From: Spirochaetia bacterium
GTDB lineage: Bacteria > Spirochaetota > Spirochaetia > SZUA-6 > Bin103
NCBI GenBank assembly: GCA_965199955.1
Contig: CBDATQ010000002.1
Span: forward strand, 512,001-576,000
Direction of reading: 5' to 3'
DNA: 64,000 bases
In this document: piece after piece, positions 59,911 to 64,000 of the stretch
Position numbering within the stretch: position 1 is the first letter of the stretch
Layout: every line of letters starts with the position of its first letter
Made by a program: the position numbers and the translations under genes
The notes under the pieces: generated by a model
What the model was told of the DNA's origin: nothing
Seen by the model: the letters and a program-made list of their open reading frames with translations, nothing else
Databases searched by the model: none

Positions 59911-60870
59911 GTGAGTAGCGAAGCCGTACCCATCGAGCGGACGAACCACGGGACGTCGGCGGTTCAGGACGCTCTGGACAAGCTGCGGGCGCTGCAGGAC
60001 GTGCTGCACAAGAAGCACGAGATCGAGGCGCAGATCGAGGAACTGCCCAGGTCGCTCGCCACCAAGACCGAGCTGCTCAACCGGCTCAAGCGGACCTACC
60101 TGGAGCGCAACGAGGAGCAGGAATCGACCAAGAAGCGGATCGGCGAGCTGCGCCTCGATGCGGTTGAATCGGAGCGCATCCGCGAGGAGTACGAGCGCCA
60201 GATGGACCAGATCCGCACGCAGCGCGAGTACGAAGCGCTGGACAAGCAGATCCGCGATGCCTCCGAGCGCGAGATGGACTACCGCCGGGCGCTGCAGGAA
60301 GAGGAAGAGCGGCTCGACCAGGTGTCCGAGGAGCTGGCCCGCGAAGCGGAGCTGATCGAGCAGCAGGAGGGCGTCGTCCAGGAAGAGGACTCGCGCATGA
60401 AGGTCGAGCTGGCCGACCGCGAGCAGCGTCTGGCCGCGCTGCAGGCGGAAGAGTCGGGGATCGCCGCCGGTCTGGATGCGGAGTTGCTGTTCAAGTTCGA
60501 ACGGATCGTCCGAATGACCGACGGGTACGGGATCGTCCCGTTGCAGGCACAGGTCTGTACCGGGTGTTACATGACCCTGCCCGCTCACTTCGTCAACCGC
60601 GTGCGCCGCGCCGAGGACGTGCTGTTCTGCACGCATGGGCGCATCGTCTTCTACGAGGATGCGCCGGCCGAGGACGAGTCGGAGGTGCAGATCGACGTGT
60701 TCGATGGCGAGCCCGGCTTCTTCGCGGATGCGGAGGGAGACGAGGAGCTCGAGGACGAGGAGGAGCTGTTCCTGGACCTCGACGTGACCGACGACGACAA
60801 CGATGAAGACGGCGATGGTCACGATGCCACCGAAGAAGCCGAGGACGCCCACGCGTCCGACGACGCCTGA
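59911..60870 (+). CDS. Coiled-coil protein with C4-type zinc ribbon and acidic tail
   Basis: Long coiled coil; FERIVR...GIVP...CTGCYM; D/E-rich C-terminus; located after rpoD. Confidence 0.85.
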   Translation: MSSEAVPIERTNHGTSAVQDALDKLRALQDVLHKKHEIEAQIEELPRSLATKTELLNRLKRTYLERNEEQESTKKRIGELRLDAVESERIREEYERQMDQIRTQREYEALDKQIRDASEREMDYRRALQEEEERLDQVSEELAREAELIEQQEGVVQEEDSRMKVELADREQRLAALQAEESGIAAGLDAELLFKFERIVRMTDGYGIVPLQAQVCTGCYMTLPAHFVNRVRRAEDVLFCTHGRIVFYEDAPAEDESEVQIDVFDGEPGFFADAEGDEELEDEEELFLDLDVTDDDNDEDGDGHDATEEAEDAHASDDA

Positions 60871-60962
60871 ACCCCTGCCGCGGGTCGCGTTCCTGCGCCC
60901 GCCCGCTGGCCACGCCCTGCCCGCTGACCACTCCTGGTATGATCGGCTACCGTGAAGGCGAA

Positions 60963-61428
60963 AGGAGGCGGGCCGGCCATCGCCGCGTCCGGTTCGGGCG
61001 TGGAGGAAAGTCCGGGCTCCGAAGAGCAGGGTGCCGGGTAATCCCCGGGCGTCCGCGCCAACGCGCGGGCGACAGACAGTGCAGCAGAGAACAGACCGCC
61101 GGGCAACCGTGCCGCAAGGGACGGCGCGTCCGGCAAGGGTGAAACGGTGGGGTAAGAGCCCACCACTCCGGCGGCGACGCCGGAGGTATGGCAAACCTCG
61201 CCCGGAGCAAAGCCAAGCAGCGGGTCGGGTTGCTCGCCGCATGAGGGTGGTCCCTCCGGGGATGCCGTCCTCGGGCCCGCGGGTAGGCTGCTCGAGTGCC
61301 GCGCCGGCGCCATCCGACGCCGCCGCGTGCGCCAGATGAATGATGGCCCGCCCCGGTGGCGGCCGGGACGCGCAGGCGACCCGGTACGCGTCGGAGTGAA
61401 CAGAACCCGGCTTACGGGCCCGCCTCCT
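60963..61428 (+). ncRNA. rnpB: RNase P RNA (type A)
   Basis: GAGGAAAGTCCGGGC, AGTGCAGCAGA, GGGTGAAACGGTGGGGTAAGAGCCCAC, GGCAAACCT and AACAGAACCCGGCTTA motifs; terminal P1 pairing AGGAGGCGGGCC/GGCCCGCCTCCT. Confidence 0.96.
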
Positions 61429-61451
61429 CTTACTTCCTCCGGGGCGCCGAG

Positions 61452-62433
61452 ATGGGGATACCAGCCGGCCGGGAGCCGCCGGCGGCGGACAGCGGGACGG
61501 CGTCGCGCACTGTTCGTGGTGCTACTCGTCGTCGGCGTCGTGGTCGCCGGTGTCCTGCTGCGGGCCGATCGCGCGGTCGCGGCCTGGCTCCGGCGTGACC
61601 GGGACGTCAACATGCGCGTGCTCGTCGGCGATGGGCGCTACGCAGAGGCGGTGGAGGCCGCGGAGTTGACGCTGGTCAGACGGCCGCTCGACGCGGAGGC
61701 GAACCTGATCCGCGGCGTTGCGTCCCTCTACGCGGCGATAGCCGACCTTGGATCAGCCGACCCGGGATCGGCCGACCCGAGGTCGGGCGGCGACGGCGCA
61801 CGCGGCGTGTCCGCCGCGGATCGCCTTTCGACGGCGATCGTGGCGCTGCGCCGGGCGCTGCTGAATTCGCGGATCGCCGTGGCGGAACCGGCCGCGCAAT
61901 ACGCGCTCGGCAAGGCCTATTTTCACCGCGGCTATTTCTACTACCGTCTTGCGGTGCACTACCTGGAGGGCTCGCTGGCGCTCGGCTACGATGGGGCAGA
62001 CACCTACGAGTACCTGGGGCTGGCGTATACGGAGCTCGGCGACCCGCGCGGTCTGGAGTATTTCCGTCATGCGCTGACGCGGCGGCCGTCCGACCTGCTG
62101 CATCTGAAGATGGCCACCATGCTGATGGATGAAGGCGACGTGCAGGGAGCGCGGCGAAACCTCATCCAGGCGATCGACCTCACCGACGACATCGCGATCG
62201 CGCAGCGGGCGCGGTACGAGCTGGGGGCTGTCCACCGTGCGCTTGGCGAACTGCCGCTGGCCGAAGAGCAGTACCGGGCGATCATCGCCGGCGACGCGCG
62301 GGCCGCCGATGCCCACTTCTATCTGGGCGAGATCTACTCCCAGCAGGGCGACGCCGACCGGGCGCTCGCGGAGTGGCGCGCCGCGCGGGCGCTGGATCCG
62401 AACCACCGCCGCGCGATCGAACGCCTGCGATAG
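61452..62433 (+). CDS. Membrane-anchored TPR protein (apparent +1 G just after the ATG)
   Basis: TM helix followed by TPRs (ALGKAYFHRG, AHFYLGEIY). ATGGGGATAC would read MGYQ... with one G fewer. Confidence 0.8.
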
Positions 62434-62466
62434 CGCCCACCGCGAAGCGGAAGTACACTCTACCTG

Positions 62467-63480
62467 ATGGCTTTGTTCAACAACTTCTCAGACATCGGCA
62501 TCGACTTGGGCACCTGCAATACCCTCGTGCACGTCAAGGGGAAGGGCATCGTGCTGACCGAGCCGTCCGTGGTCGCCATCGACCACGAAAGCAAGCAGGT
62601 GGTCGCCGTCGGTACCGAGGCCAAGCGCATGCTGTGGAAGGCGCCGCACACGATCGAGGCGGTGCGCCCGCTGCGTGACGGCGTGATCGCCGACTTCGAA
62701 ATGACCGAGCAGATGATCCGCCACTTCATCATGCAGGTCGCCCCGCGGCGCTGGTTCGTCAAGCCGCGCATGGTGATCGGCATCCCCGCCGGCGCCACCG
62801 AGGTGGAGAAACGGGCGGTTCAGGAGAGCGCCGAGCGGGCAGGCGCGCGCGAAGTGTTCGTGATCGAGGAGTCGATCGCGGCTGCTGTCGGCGCCGATCT
62901 GCCGATCATGGAGCCGGCCGGCCACATGATCTGCGACATCGGCGGCGGCACCACGGAAGTTTCGGTCATTTCGCTCGGAGGCATGGTCGTGTCGAATGCC
63001 ATCCGTATCGGCGGCGACGAGTTCGATGAAGCGATCATCAAGCACGTGCGCACCGTCCACAACCTGGTGATCGGCCTCGAAACGGCCGAGAAGATCAAGA
63101 TCAAGATCGGCAACGCGGACCCGGACCAGAAGATCGTGCGCATGGAGATCAAGGGCCGCGACGCCATCACCGGCCTCCCGCACCGGCTGGAGGTGGACTC
63201 GATCGAGGTGTGCGAAGCGCTGCAGGAACCCACGCGCCAGATCCTGGAGGAGATCAAGCGGGCGCTGGGGCGCACGCCGGCGGAGTTGGCCTCCGACATC
63301 GTGGAGCGCGGCATCGTCATGACCGGTGGCGGCTCGCTCCTGCGCGGGTTGCCGCGCCTGATCGGTCGGGAGACCGGCGTGCCGGTGATCGTCGCGGAGC
63401 AACCTCTGCTGTGCGTTGCGCTCGGGGCCGGCAAGTACTTCGAGACAACCGGGATGAGCCAACGCCGGCAATACCGGTAA
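62467..63480 (+). CDS. mreB: Rod shape-determining protein MreB
   Basis: [30 protein letters not shown] and TGGGSLL motifs. Confidence 0.97.
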   Translation: MALFNNFSDIGIDLGTCNTLVHVKGKGIVLTEPSVVAIDHESKQVVAVGTEAKRMLWKAPHTIEAVRPLRDGVIADFEMTEQMIRHFIMQVAPRRWFVKPRMVIGIPAGATEVEKRAVQESAERAGAREVFVIEESIAAAVGADLPIMEPAGHMICDIGGGTTEVSVISLGGMVVSNAIRIGGDEFDEAIIKHVRTVHNLVIGLETAEKIKIKIGNADPDQKIVRMEIKGRDAITGLPHRLEVDSIEVCEALQEPTRQILEEIKRALGRTPAELASDIVERGIVMTGGGSLLRGLPRLIGRETGVPVIVAEQPLLCVALGAGKYFETTGMSQRRQYR

Positions 63481-63521
63481 GGATCATGACGGTCCCGGGG
63501 AGTTGACCTGAGTACGCGTCC

Positions 63522-64000
63522 GTGACCGAGGTACGCCCCTTCGTCAGCCGCCGCCGTTCAGGCGTCACGTTCGCGGTTCTGCTGATCAGCTCGCTGCTGC
63601 TGGTGGGGTTGAGTCCCCAGCCCGGGCACGTGGGGCTGCTGTCACTGATGCAGGCGGGCATCAGTTCCGGCGTTCGTTGGGTCGCGGATTCGGTCGCCGC
63701 GATCGGGGAGCTCGGCCGAAGCAGGGCGGAGCTGCAGGAGCTGCGCGCCGAGCTGCTGAGGATGCAACAGAAGCAACGCGACAACGTACAGCTCAGGGTC
63801 GAGAACCGCAACCTGCGCGCCCTGCTCGACCTTCCCCGCGGCGCCGCTCCCACCGTGATTCCGGCGGAGGTGATCGGCCGCGACCCGGGGAGCCTGTTCA
63901 AGACGGTGACGATCAATCGTGGCCGCAGGCACGGCGTTCGTGTCGATGCCACGGTGGTCGCCGACGCCGGCGGCATCCAGGCACTGGTCGGGCGGGTGGC
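63522..64000 (+). CDS. mreC: Rod shape-determining protein MreC (runs off the window)
   Basis: TM helix, coiled coil ENRNLRALL, PAEVIGRD and TINRG motifs; follows mreB. Confidence 0.9.
   Translation, partial: MTEVRPFVSRRRSGVTFAVLLISSLLLVGLSPQPGHVGLLSLMQAGISSGVRWVADSVAAIGELGRSRAELQELRAELLRMQQKQRDNVQLRVENRNLRALLDLPRGAAPTVIPAEVIGRDPGSLFKTVTINRGRRHGVRVDATVVADAGGIQALVGRV

Noticed and set aside
61327..61451. Longer N-terminus for the TPR gene
   Set aside because: It lies inside rnpB; a one-base indel after ATG 61452 explains the frame better.

Overview
High-GC bacterial chromosome segment, most likely from a spirochaete. The evidence is a DUF3276/PUR protein starting (M)GQRGELFS, a short SMC, and the gene order ffh-rpsP-KH-rimM-trmD-rplS ... 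rpmF-acpP-rnc-cca ... mltG-dnaG-rpoD-Zn ribbon-rnpB-TPR-mreB-mreC. The left ~35 kb is an accessory catabolic region. It holds four Gfo/Idh/MocA oxidoreductases, a phnA + Zn alcohol dehydrogenase + aldehyde dehydrogenase cluster, PhyH/TauD dioxygenases, BNR/FG-GAP proteins, uxuA-like and SelA-like genes, an apparently intact IS1634-family element with 6-bp target duplication, an IS110 remnant, tRNA-Gly(TCC), and many broken or internally deleted genes. The right ~29 kb is mostly housekeeping, with tRNA-Thr(TGT), tRNA-Tyr(GTA) and RNase P RNA. It is interrupted by an FtsH-like / two beta-propeller / S41-protease-like cassette. The best candidates for undescribed biology are (i) a putative 2-hydroxyethylphosphonate oxidation route (ADH -> ALDH -> PhnA, with no phnW nearby) and (ii) the propeller + serine-less S41 + FtsH-like cassette. 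No CRISPR array or rRNA was seen. All family calls come from motifs recognised by eye; no searches were run.
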